A stretch of DNA of 47,908 bases, taken from positions 1 to 47,908 of IMG/VR virus record IMGVR_UViG_3300024283_000005; one strand, written 5' to 3'. Shown piece by piece: positions 23,597 through 32,338 of the stretch. A program made the position numbers and the translations under genes. Every line of letters starts with the position of its first letter. The first letter of the stretch is position 1. Under the pieces are notes generated by a model that ran no database searches, was not told the origin of the DNA, and worked only from the letters and a program-made list of their open reading frames with translations. The DNA comes from a virus (Duplodnaviria; Caudoviricetes).

Positions 23597-25036
23597 ATGA
23601 CCGAGCGGCTCGACGGCTGGGAAAACGTGATCACGGGGCTCGGCAGTCTGCGCGACAAGCTCACGCACCACGCCCCGCAGCTACGGCAGCCGCTGCGCGA
23701 CTCGACGCTCGAGGCGCTGCACAGTGACGACGACATCGCCGCCCGCATCGTCGAGAAGCTGCCCGACGACGCACTGCGCGCGGGCTTCTGCATCACCCTG
23801 CCGGCAGACGAGGACAACAGCGCGACGCTCGGCGCAGACCTCACGAGCGCGCTGCAGGCGCTCGGCGCCGACACGGCGCTGCATCAAGCGTGGTGTTGGG
23901 CTCGGCTCTACGGGCTCGGCGCGGTGCTGCTCGGCGTCGATGACGGGCTCGACACACGCGAGCCGCTCGACTTGGGCCGCGTCGTGCGCCTCTCGCACCT
24001 CACCGTGCTCCGTCGCACGCAGCTGCAGCCCGAGACGTATTACAACGAGCCGCTCGCGCCGCGTTTCGGCGAGGTTGAAAGCTATCGGCTCATGCGGCTC
24101 GCCATACCGCGCGGCTCGGCTGTCACTGTGCGCAGCTACGAAAAGCTCGACGCCATCGTGCACGAGTCTCGCCTCCTGCAGTTCCGCGGTGTGCTGACCT
24201 CGCGTTGGGGCGCCGCGAGCGAGCAGTTTTTCGACGATAGCGTGCTGCAGCGCGCATACGACGCCATGCAGGCGAGCTCAAGCGCGTGGATGAGCGTCGG
24301 GCACCTGCTCACCGACGCGTCGCAGGGCGTGTTCCGCGTCAAGAATCTGTTGCAGCTGCTCGCGGCCAACGGCGAGGAAAAGCTGCGCAAGCGCGTGCAG
24401 ATTATGGACCTCGTGCGCAGCGTCTGCCGAGCGTTGCTCATCGACGCCGACGCCGAGTCATTCGAGCGCGTTGCGACCAGCTTCACGGGCATGCCCGACT
24501 TGCTCGACCGCTACATGCTGCGCGTCTCTGCCGCGGCTGAGATGCCGGCGACTGTCCTATGGGGGCGCTCGCCCGCCGGCATGAACGCGACCGGCGAGAG
24601 TGACGTGCGCAACTGGTACGACAAAGTCGGCTCAGAGCGCACCAAGATCCTCACCCCTCGCATCGAGCAGCTCACACGCGTCTTGATGGCGGCAGACGAC
24701 AGCCCGACCAAGGGGCAAGTCCTCGACGAGTTCGAGGTCGAATATCCGCCGCTATGGCAGCCCAGCGCCAAAGAGGCCGCCGAGACGTTCAATCTGCGCG
24801 CGCAGGCGCTCGTCTCGCTCGTCAACGCCCGCATCATCCGCCCCGAGGAAGCGGCACTTAACATCGCGCAGGCCGGCGAGCTCGACGAGATAGACACCGA
24901 CGCGCGCGAGGCCATGCTCGAGCTCGACATCGAGGCCGAGCTCGAGCGGCTGCGCCAGGGCGGCACGAGCGAGCCGCGGGCGCTGCCGCCCGACAACCCG
25001 CCGCCGCCCGACGAGCCCGCGCCCGAGCCGAGCTAA
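23597..25036 (+). CDS. Portal protein (DUF1073 type)
   Basis: IAARIVEKLPDDALR, ARLYG, IVHESRL, PATVLWGRSPAGMNATGESD..NWYD, PLWQPS. Confidence 0.9.
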   Translation: MTERLDGWENVITGLGSLRDKLTHHAPQLRQPLRDSTLEALHSDDDIAARIVEKLPDDALRAGFCITLPADEDNSATLGADLTSALQALGADTALHQAWCWARLYGLGAVLLGVDDGLDTREPLDLGRVVRLSHLTVLRRTQLQPETYYNEPLAPRFGEVESYRLMRLAIPRGSAVTVRSYEKLDAIVHESRLLQFRGVLTSRWGAASEQFFDDSVLQRAYDAMQASSSAWMSVGHLLTDASQGVFRVKNLLQLLAANGEEKLRKRVQIMDLVRSVCRALLIDADAESFERVATSFTGMPDLLDRYMLRVSAAAEMPATVLWGRSPAGMNATGESDVRNWYDKVGSERTKILTPRIEQLTRVLMAADDSPTKGQVLDEFEVEYPPLWQPSAKEAAETFNLRAQALVSLVNARIIRPEEAALNIAQAGELDEIDTDAREAMLELDIEAELERLRQGGTSEPRALPPDNPPPPDEPAPEPS

Positions 25037-25039
25037 CGC

Positions 25040-27802
25040 ATGGCAGCCCGCTCGAGCGCAGACCGAGCCCGCAACCGTGCGCGCCTCGCCCAACGGCAGC
25101 GGCGCATGCTCGGCGCCGAGCGGCGCAACATGGCGGCAGCTCGCCCGCACGCCGAGCCCTTCCCCGAGGCCGCGCTCGAGCGCTACACGCGCATGCTTGT
25201 CGAGCACGTCACCGCGATCTACGCATCCGCGCGCGCCGCCATCCGCCCGCACCTCGCCGCGTGGTCGCGCATCTACGCCAAGCCCAAGCGCACCGACGCT
25301 GCGCTCGATAACGGCTACCACGGGCCCCGCATCGCGATTGTGGGCCCGCCTCGTGCGGGCAAGTCGACGCTCTCCGAGCAGCTCGCAACGATGCTGCGCG
25401 CGCCCGTCGTGCACGCCGACCACTATGCCTACCTCGGGTGGTCGCAGGCGAGCGACGCGCTTGCCGACCGCATGCTCGAGGGCCCGGCTATCTTCGAGGG
25501 CGTCGCGGTCAGCCGGGCGCTGCGCAAGGTGCTCGCGCGCACGCCTCGCTCGGCTCGCCCACCCGTCGACGCTGTGATCGTGCTCGGCACGCCGCTCGAG
25601 CCGCTCGAGCACGGACAGCGCGTCATGGCGCTAGGGCACGACCGCGTGCTCTCCGAGGTGCTGCCCGAGCTCGCGCGGCGCGGTGTGCTCATCATCCGAG
25701 GCGAGCGCAACGCGCTTGCGTCGATGCGACAAGCGCGCACCGACGCGGAAAAGCAGCCGCCTAACACGCCGTCGGGGCTCATCGACGGCGCTGCCGTCAC
25801 GCTGCCGGTTGACTTCAAGATCCCCGACATCCGCGCGGGCTCGCTCGAGGCCGCCGTCGGCGTCAGCGTCAACGTCGACAATACGCTGCGCAGGCAAGTC
25901 GAGGCCGTGACGGGCATTGATCCTCACCTGCCGCAGTCAGGCATCGCCGAGTCTCTCGAGGCCTTCACCGAGGCATCGATCCTGCGTGTGAGCAACCTCA
26001 CCGACGAGACTTACGCCGACATCAAAAAGCTCGTCATGGCCGAGCTCGAGGAGGGCGCGCGCCCCGACGAGATAGCGGCCAAGCTCGAGGCGCAGTTTCA
26101 AGTCGCCAAGCGTCACGCGCAGCTCATCGCCAACGACGCGATCGGCAAATACCACGGCGAGCAGACGCGGCTGCGTCAGACGCAGCTCGGCATCACTGAC
26201 TACACGTGGGCCACGAGCAAAGATCGCAAGGTGCGCCCCTATCACCGTGCGCTCGAGGGCACGCAACAGAAGTGGGCAGAGCCACCCGTCGTCAACCCGA
26301 CCACGGGCAAGCGGGCGCACCCGGGCTTCGACACGCATTTTTATGCCTGCCGCTGCTCTGCCATCCCGATCATTGACGACGCCGTGATTGACGCCGAGCC
26401 GCCGCCCGAGCCCGCGCCGCCGCGCCCGCCCGCGTCGCCGCTCGCTCGCCCGCTGCCGCCGCCCCTCGCCCCGCAGGCACCGCAGCAGCTGCCGCTGCCG
26501 GGCTTACCCGCGGGCCCGAGCTCGGGCCCCATCACCGCGCCGCCACGTCGACGCGTGCGCATCCAACCGCGCGGCGCTGCACCCACGCAGCCGACGCTGC
26601 CGGGCTTGCCGACCGCGCCACCCGCGCCGCCATTGGCTGCGCCGACGCTGCCGACGCCGACCGCTGCGCCGACCCCGCTGCCCCCGTTGCCCGCGCCCGC
26701 GCCGCCGACGCCGCTGCCCACGCTGCCCGTCGAGCCGCCGCCCGCGCCGCTGCCACGACCCGCGCCGACGCCGCTGCCCGTCGAGCCGCCGCCCGCGCCG
26801 CTGCCGCGACCCGCGCCGACGCCGCTGCCCACGCTGCCCGTCGAGCCGCCCGCGCCCGCGCGCCTGCCGCGCCCGCAGCCGGGCATCACCGAGCCGCCCG
26901 CGCCGCTGCCCCGCGTCGAGCCGCCCGCGCCACCCGCAGCCCCACCGGCAGCGCCCGCCGCTATCCCGCCGGCCATCGAGCTGACGCCCGAGCAGCGCGA
27001 CCAGCTCGCCACCGAGCTCGCCACGGCCATCGACCAACTGCTGCGCGGGCTCGATGACGGCTCAGCCGCGCGGGCGCTCATCGCTGCGTGGTACGAGCGC
27101 GAGACCTTCACGCACTGCGAGCTATGGGGCCCCGACGTCCCGCAAGTCGAGACCATCGAGCTCAAAGCGCGGCTCAACCGCGCGGGCACGGTCTACGGCG
27201 AGATGCAGCCGGCGACGGGTCACATACGGCTCGTCAAGTCGCGCACGCAGAACGCGCTCGCGGGGCTGCGCTCAATCGCTGCCGGCGAGACGCCGCAACG
27301 CGACCAGCTCGCGGGGCTCAAGACGCTATTCCATGAGGTCGCCCACGGCTACGGGCCCACCATGCGCTACCCGACGTGGGGCGCGACTCGGCTGTTCTAT
27401 GACGAGATCGCCACCGAGGTCAGCGCGCGCGGGTTTACGGCGACGCTCGCGGGGCTCGAGCTCGAGGCGCTGCCGCCGCAGCACATTCTCGCGCTGCCCA
27501 AGCAGACGGACACGGGCTGGACGTTCGACCCGTTCCGCTCTTACGACCGCATGATCGCTGCGATGCTGCAGGCCATCACCGACAACACCACGCTCACCGC
27601 GGCAGAGGCTCGAGCGCAGCTGCTCGAGGGCGCGCTCGATTGGAAGTCTCGCAACGACGTGCCCGCCACCGCGCAGGCCATCGCCGATGAGTTCTGGCTC
27701 TCCATGCGCAAGCTCACGCCCGAGCAGCGCGTGGCCATCAAGTCGCAGCTGCGCAACCCCAAGGCCGCGACCAAGGCCGTTCCGTTCATCCCGCACGACT
27801 GA
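25040..27802 (+). CDS. MuF/SPP1 gp7 minor head protein with an inserted P-loop kinase-like domain, Pro-rich linker and C-terminal HEXXH domain
   Basis: GPPRAGKST (25343-25369); MuF core AQLIANDA..K, YTWATSKDRKVRPYH, HPG...CRC; HEVAH (27332-27346) with a downstream E. Confidence 0.85.
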   Translation: MAARSSADRARNRARLAQRQRRMLGAERRNMAAARPHAEPFPEAALERYTRMLVEHVTAIYASARAAIRPHLAAWSRIYAKPKRTDAALDNGYHGPRIAIVGPPRAGKSTLSEQLATMLRAPVVHADHYAYLGWSQASDALADRMLEGPAIFEGVAVSRALRKVLARTPRSARPPVDAVIVLGTPLEPLEHGQRVMALGHDRVLSEVLPELARRGVLIIRGERNALASMRQARTDAEKQPPNTPSGLIDGAAVTLPVDFKIPDIRAGSLEAAVGVSVNVDNTLRRQVEAVTGIDPHLPQSGIAESLEAFTEASILRVSNLTDETYADIKKLVMAELEEGARPDEIAAKLEAQFQVAKRHAQLIANDAIGKYHGEQTRLRQTQLGITDYTWATSKDRKVRPYHRALEGTQQKWAEPPVVNPTTGKRAHPGFDTHFYACRCSAIPIIDDAVIDAEPPPEPAPPRPPASPLARPLPPPLAPQAPQQLPLPGLPAGPSSGPITAPPRRRVRIQPRGAAPTQPTLPGLPTAPPAPPLAAPTLPTPTAAPTPLPPLPAPAPPTPLPTLPVEPPPAPLPRPAPTPLPVEPPPAPLPRPAPTPLPTLPVEPPAPARLPRPQPGITEPPAPLPRVEPPAPPAAPPAAPAAIPPAIELTPEQRDQLATELATAIDQLLRGLDDGSAARALIAAWYERETFTHCELWGPDVPQVETIELKARLNRAGTVYGEMQPATGHIRLVKSRTQNALAGLRSIAAGETPQRDQLAGLKTLFHEVAHGYGPTMRYPTWGATRLFYDEIATEVSARGFTATLAGLELEALPPQHILALPKQTDTGWTFDPFRSYDRMIAAMLQAITDNTTLTAAEARAQLLEGALDWKSRNDVPATAQAIADEFWLSMRKLTPEQRVAIKSQLRNPKAATKAVPFIPHD
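26400..26965 (+). repeat. Proline-rich repeat linker in MuF
   Basis: Repeated PTPLP(TLP)VEPPPAPLPRPA units. Confidence 0.85.
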
Positions 27803-27870
27803 CGAGCTCGCCGCCGGGCGCCTCTCAGCCGGGCGCCAACGGCTCGCGCACCGTCGACGAGCGGGCGCGC

Positions 27871-27990
27871 ATACGCATCGATTACGCACGCAAGCTCATA
27901 CACTACGACTGCAAACGACTACACTACGCATCACATCGATTACACTACGAGTGTAGTGTGTGCGTAACGTATTCACATCGTACTCACGCA
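27871..27990. repeat. AT-richer 21-bp-phased repeat block
   Basis: TACACTACG at 27899, 27920, 27941; TCACATCG at 27931, 27973; ACACTAC/GTAGTGT inverted repeat at 27942-27959. Confidence 0.7.
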
Positions 27991-28094
27991 CCGCCGGCGC
28001 GCGGGCCGCCGCCGGCGCACGGGCCCGGCGCAGGCCTCGTCGAGCCCCCCGGCGCGGCGCAGGGGCCCGGCGCGGCTGCGTGGTAGGCTGCGCC

Positions 28095-28358
28095 ATGGCC
28101 ACCCAATCCGCCGCCGAGCTGCTCGCCGTGCGCCTCTACCCATGGAGCGCCGCCGACATCCGCGAAATCGCCGCCGCCTACCTCGCCGACCCGGCGCATG
28201 GCGACTTCACTGACCTCGACCTGCACGAGCACACGCGCGGCGCCGAGCTCGCCGACGCCGAGCTCGAGCAGCTCGAGCAGGACGTGCACCGCCTGCGCTT
28301 CGAGCACTTCCGCCGGCTCGGGCAAGACCCGCCCCCGCAGCCCACCGCCATCGAATAA
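28095..28358 (+). CDS. Small acidic protein, candidate immunity protein for the MuF C-terminal domain
   Basis: 87 aa; first gene after MuF; TAGGCT 5 nt upstream of the ATG. Confidence 0.6.
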   Translation: MATQSAAELLAVRLYPWSAADIREIAAAYLADPAHGDFTDLDLHEHTRGAELADAELEQLEQDVHRLRFEHFRRLGQDPPPQPTAIE

Positions 28359-28397
28359 CCGGGCTTTCCCCGGGCTGCCCCCGCCCCGCGCTCGGCA

Positions 28398-28446
28398 GTC
28401 ATGGAGTCACGCAGTCGCGCCGTCATGCCTGCGTGACGTCTTGACA
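28398..28446. promoter_or_regulatory. 8-bp-phased GTCnnGAC array 7 overlapping a TTGACA box upstream of the head genes
   Basis: GTCATGGA GTCACGCA GTCGCGCC GTCATGCC TGCGTGAC GTCTTGAC(A). Confidence 0.65.
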
Positions 28447-28476
28447 CGCTCAAAACTCGCCCAGTACGGGCCCCTT

Positions 28477-29673
28477 GTGCAGCCTGTCGAGCGCTACGAT
28501 GCCGCGACCCTTGGCGAGGTCACCCGCACCCCGCAGGGGTTTCTCAGGGCGCCCGCCCGCGTCACGCGCACAGGCGTGCTGACCTACCGCCGAGCCGACG
28601 GCACGCTGCGCCGCGAGCTGCGCCGACCCGAGCAGGTGTTTGCGGGCGGCTCGCTCGCCACGCTCGCCGACGCTCCGATCACTGACCTGCACCCGCGCGA
28701 GATGGTCAGCGCCACCAACGCCCGCGAGCTCGCACTCGGGCACGTCACCGGCGACGCTCGCGCAGACGGCAAGCGTTACGTCGAGGCAACGCTGCTCATC
28801 ACTGACGCCAAGCTTATCGCCGCCGTCGAGCGGCGCGACCGCGTCGAGGCGAGCTGCGGTTACACGTGCACGCTCATCGAGCAGCCCGGCACCTACCAGG
28901 GCGAGCGCTACGACGCCGAGCAGACCGGCATCGTCTACAACCACGTCGGACTCGGGCCGCGTGGTTGGGGCCGCGCAGGCGCCGACGTCGCGCTGCGCCT
29001 CGACGGCAAGCCCGCCGAGCTCACCGACAACCCGCTCGCCGCGACGCTTGCGCTCGACCCGCTCGAGCCGCCCGAGACCGCACCACCGCACAAAGGACCC
29101 GCCCGCATGGATCTAGTTACCGTCCGCATAGATGGCATCGACGCGCAAGTCACCCCGCAGGCCGAGCAGCTCGTGCGCAAGGTCACCGCGCAGCTCGAGA
29201 CTGCAACCGCGTCAAGCGCAGACCTGCAGAAGCGCCTCGACGCCAAAACCGCCGAGCTCGACGCGACCGCCAAGCAGCTCGCAGCTGCGAGCGACACCAA
29301 GCGCCTCGATTCACTCGTCGCAGAACGCGTCGCGCTGTTCGACGCAGCCCGCGCCGTGCTCGGCGCAGGCGTCGAGCTCACGGGGCTCACGAGCCGTCAG
29401 ATCCAAGAGAAGGCCATAGCGCACCTCGACTCGGCTGCGAGCATGACCGGCCAGTCTGACGAGTACGTCGCCGCCTACTTCACAGCGACCACCAAGCAGA
29501 TCAAGCCCGCGGGCGGCGGCAAAGACCCGCACCGACGCGCCGACGGATTCCCACCCGGCACGAGCGCCGCCGACGTGGTGCGCGCGCAGCTCAAGTCACG
29601 CGAGCCCGCGGGCGCGCCCACGGCCTACGAGCCGCCCGCATGGCGGCAGCCGCTCACGGTCACTCGCACCTAA
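28477..29673 (+). CDS. DUF2213 prohead protease/scaffold
   Basis: TPQGFL...VTRTGVLTY, PITDLHP, SCGY, YDAEQ...NHV, GRAG; coiled-coil C-terminus; GTG start inferred. Confidence 0.88.
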   Translation: MQPVERYDAATLGEVTRTPQGFLRAPARVTRTGVLTYRRADGTLRRELRRPEQVFAGGSLATLADAPITDLHPREMVSATNARELALGHVTGDARADGKRYVEATLLITDAKLIAAVERRDRVEASCGYTCTLIEQPGTYQGERYDAEQTGIVYNHVGLGPRGWGRAGADVALRLDGKPAELTDNPLAATLALDPLEPPETAPPHKGPARMDLVTVRIDGIDAQVTPQAEQLVRKVTAQLETATASSADLQKRLDAKTAELDATAKQLAAASDTKRLDSLVAERVALFDAARAVLGAGVELTGLTSRQIQEKAIAHLDSAASMTGQSDEYVAAYFTATTKQIKPAGGGKDPHRRADGFPPGTSAADVVRAQLKSREPAGAPTAYEPPAWRQPLTVTRT

Positions 29674-29730
29674 CAAGCCCACACAACCACGCTCGACGCC
29701 GTCAACACTCAACGAAAGCGATACGACCGT

Positions 29731-30222
29731 ATGCCAGGGCAACTGATCTACAACTACGAGCACCCGATCGGAGTCAACGGGCAGCTCATCGAGAACTACT
29801 CGCACGCCGCAGTCACGGGGCTCGCAGTGGCCACCGCGATCCCCGTCGGCGTCGTGGTCTGCTACGACACCACCGCGGGCAAACCGCCCAAGGCCGTGCG
29901 CAGCCCGGCGCTTAGCGCCGACGTCACCACGCTGCTCGGCGTCACCGGGATCACGCAGTGGGACCCGTCCTATCCCGAGCCGCCTTACAGAATCGGCGCT
30001 CTGCTGCCAGTGCTGCGCAAGGGCCGCATTGCCATCATCGCTGAAACCGCGCTCGCGTCGCACACGACGCCGTTTGTGCGGTTTAGCCCCGTCGGCGCGG
30101 GCAACGTGCTCGGCGCGCTGCGTGCTGACGCAGACGCGGGCAACGCAGTCGCAGCCCCGTACCTCACCGTAGTGCAGGGCGCAGCCATTGGCGGCGTCGC
30201 CATCGTCGAGATCAACCTCTGA
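29731..30222 (+). CDS. Head decoration/cement protein
   Basis: Between scaffold and capsid genes; IPVG, VLRKGRI, G.AIVEINL end. Confidence 0.75.
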   Translation: MPGQLIYNYEHPIGVNGQLIENYSHAAVTGLAVATAIPVGVVVCYDTTAGKPPKAVRSPALSADVTTLLGVTGITQWDPSYPEPPYRIGALLPVLRKGRIAIIAETALASHTTPFVRFSPVGAGNVLGALRADADAGNAVAAPYLTVVQGAAIGGVAIVEINL

Positions 30223-30270
30223 CCCGAGCCGCTCGCACCTACCGCGCGCCCTAAAGGAAACACCACCGCT

Positions 30271-31335
30271 ATGCACTCACTGCTCGCGCCCATCGACCCC
30301 AACCGCCTAACCAACAGTCTCGAGCAAATCGGCTTGCGGCTCGATGCAGGCGAGCTCGACCGTTTCTGCGCATCGTTCGCGCTCACCCGCGCCGCGACGC
30401 ACGGGCTCGAGCGGCTCGACGCGAATGACACCGCGTTTTTTAGAACGCAGCTCGAGTACATCTCGCAGCGGCTGCGTGAGATCCGTTATCCGGCGCTGAA
30501 GTGGCGCCTGTTCGTACCCGTGACGAGCGAGGCACCCGCGGGCGCTGACACGTGGTCTTATTACGCGTGGGACTCGGCGGGCATCGCCGAGCTCATCGCG
30601 AACTACGCCGACGACGTGCGCCGCGTCGCTGTGACCAGCACCAAGGTCACCTATGACATTCTCTCGTACGCGCTCGCGTATGACTGGTCTGTGCTCGACG
30701 TCAAGCGCGCCAGCATGGCGGGCGTCGACTACCGCAACCGCAAGGCAGACGCCGTGCGTCGCGGTTTCGAGCAGCGCTTCGAGCGCCTCGCTGCACTCGG
30801 CGAGCCCGGCAGCACGATCCGCGGGCTGCTCAACAATGCCAACGTGCCCGTCGTCGCCGCAGCCAACGTCGGCGGCACGACTGCATGGGGCTCGGGCACG
30901 AAGACGCCGCAAGACGTGCTCAACGACTTGCTCGCGGGCGAGACTGCGATCCTCGTCGCCACCAAGGGCGTCGAGTCACCTGACACGCTGCTCTTGCCGC
31001 TCGCCAAGCTGCGCTACATTCAAAACACCTCGCTCTACACCGGCGCAGGCGCCGACCCGAGCGACACGATCCTGTCCGTCTATCTCGAGCGCACGCAGTA
31101 CGTGCGGAACGTGGATTGGTGGCAGTACCTCGACCTCGCAGACGCCGCCGGCACCGGGCCTCGCGCTGTGTGGTACCGCCGCGACGAGGAGCACGTGCAC
31201 TTCGAGCTCACCGAAGCGCCAAACGAGCAGGCGCCGCAGCAGCAAAATTTCGCGCTCGTCGTGAATAGCATGGCCCGCGCGGGCGGCGTCGCGTGGGAGC
31301 TGCCGCTCTCGGGCGTCTACATGGACGGCATCTAG
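30271..31335 (+). CDS. Major capsid protein (DUF2184, HK97 fold)
   Basis: QLEYI...YP.L, GIAELIANYADD, GLLN..NVP, PDTLLLP, GGV....PLS.VYMDGI; AAAGGA RBS. Confidence 0.92.
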   Translation: MHSLLAPIDPNRLTNSLEQIGLRLDAGELDRFCASFALTRAATHGLERLDANDTAFFRTQLEYISQRLREIRYPALKWRLFVPVTSEAPAGADTWSYYAWDSAGIAELIANYADDVRRVAVTSTKVTYDILSYALAYDWSVLDVKRASMAGVDYRNRKADAVRRGFEQRFERLAALGEPGSTIRGLLNNANVPVVAAANVGGTTAWGSGTKTPQDVLNDLLAGETAILVATKGVESPDTLLLPLAKLRYIQNTSLYTGAGADPSDTILSVYLERTQYVRNVDWWQYLDLADAAGTGPRAVWYRRDEEHVHFELTEAPNEQAPQQQNFALVVNSMARAGGVAWELPLSGVYMDGI

Positions 31336-31452
31336 CAGCGCCCCTCTCGCGCAGCACACATCGCTCGCACCGCTACTGCCCGCGCGCCGCTCACGGCGGC
31401 GCAGCGGCACCCTTGCGCCTCGCTCAAGCTCTACTCGCCACGTCGGTAAACC

Positions 31453-31926
31453 ATGCACATCGCCAACACTGGACCGCAGATCGTCAGCTTCCTGCTCACC
31501 GCGGCGGGTGGCATTCAGCAGTTCCGCAAGCTCGGGCAAGTGCCTAACAACGGACTGCTCTATCAGTACATGGGCACCGACGTCGACGCTGTAAACGCAG
31601 CGCTCGCGGGCCCGCTCGCTCCGTTTGTGGCTGCGGGATACCTCAAAACGAGCAGGCAAGCGCAGACGGTACCGTACGCCACCGACCCGCTCACCAACCG
31701 CGTGCTCACGGTCCCCGAGCTCGGGCCCGGCGAGCACGAAGACCCCTATGCACCCGAGCCCGAGCCAGAACCGGAACCCGAGCCCGAGCCAGAACCCGAG
31801 CCCGAGCCAGAACCCGAGCCCGAGCCAGAACCCGAGCCCGAGCCAGAACCCGAGGCCGCGCCCGCGCCCGAGCTCGAGCACCACCGACACCACCGCCGCG
31901 CCAAGCGCCACGAGCCGACCTCATGA
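31453..31926 (+). CDS. Hypothetical head-associated protein with a (PE)17 tract
   Basis: PE repeat at 31753-31854; shares AV.AALAGPL.PFVA.G.L with the next gene. Confidence 0.7.
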   Translation: MHIANTGPQIVSFLLTAAGGIQQFRKLGQVPNNGLLYQYMGTDVDAVNAALAGPLAPFVAAGYLKTSRQAQTVPYATDPLTNRVLTVPELGPGEHEDPYAPEPEPEPEPEPEPEPEPEPEPEPEPEPEPEPEPEAAPAPELEHHRHHRRAKRHEPTS

Positions 31927-32336
31927 ACATCACCAACCGCTCACCGCGTCTGTTGTCCATCGCTGCGCCAGGCCAAGGGCTCGGCATCTTGATGCTCGTG
32001 CCGCTCGACCGCGTCGAGGTGCCGCCCGAGCTCGAGCAGGCTGTGCGCGCCGCGCTCGCGGGCCCCTTGCGCCCGTTCGTCGCCAAGGGCGAGCTCGACA
32101 TCGAGGCCACGCCGCCCGCAGCTGCACCGGCGCTCGTCGGCGAGCCCGCCGGCATCGCGGGGCCCGTCGCGCTCAGCGATTGTGTGCACCCGCCGCCGAC
32201 CGCCGCCGAGCTCGAGCAGCCCCGCGTCGTCACGCTCGAGGTCACCCCCGAGCTCGAGCCCGAGCCGACAGACGAGCCCGCCGCCGAGCTCGAGCCGACA
32301 CCCGCACCCGCCGCGAGCAAAGCCAAACGCCGCTAA
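31923..32336 (+). CDS. Hypothetical head-associated protein, paralogue of 31453..31926
   Basis: MNITNRSP vs MHIANTGP N-termini; shared AALAGPL.PFVA motif; ATGA overlap. Confidence 0.7.
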   Translation: MNITNRSPRLLSIAAPGQGLGILMLVPLDRVEVPPELEQAVRAALAGPLRPFVAKGELDIEATPPAAAPALVGEPAGIAGPVALSDCVHPPPTAAELEQPRVVTLEVTPELEPEPTDEPAAELEPTPAPAASKAKRR

Positions 32337-32338
32337 CC

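Noticed and set aside
23597-25036. DUF1073 protein as anti-CBASS Acb1
   Set aside because: Position after terL and motifs indicate a portal; no HxT/HxS phosphoesterase domain is evident.
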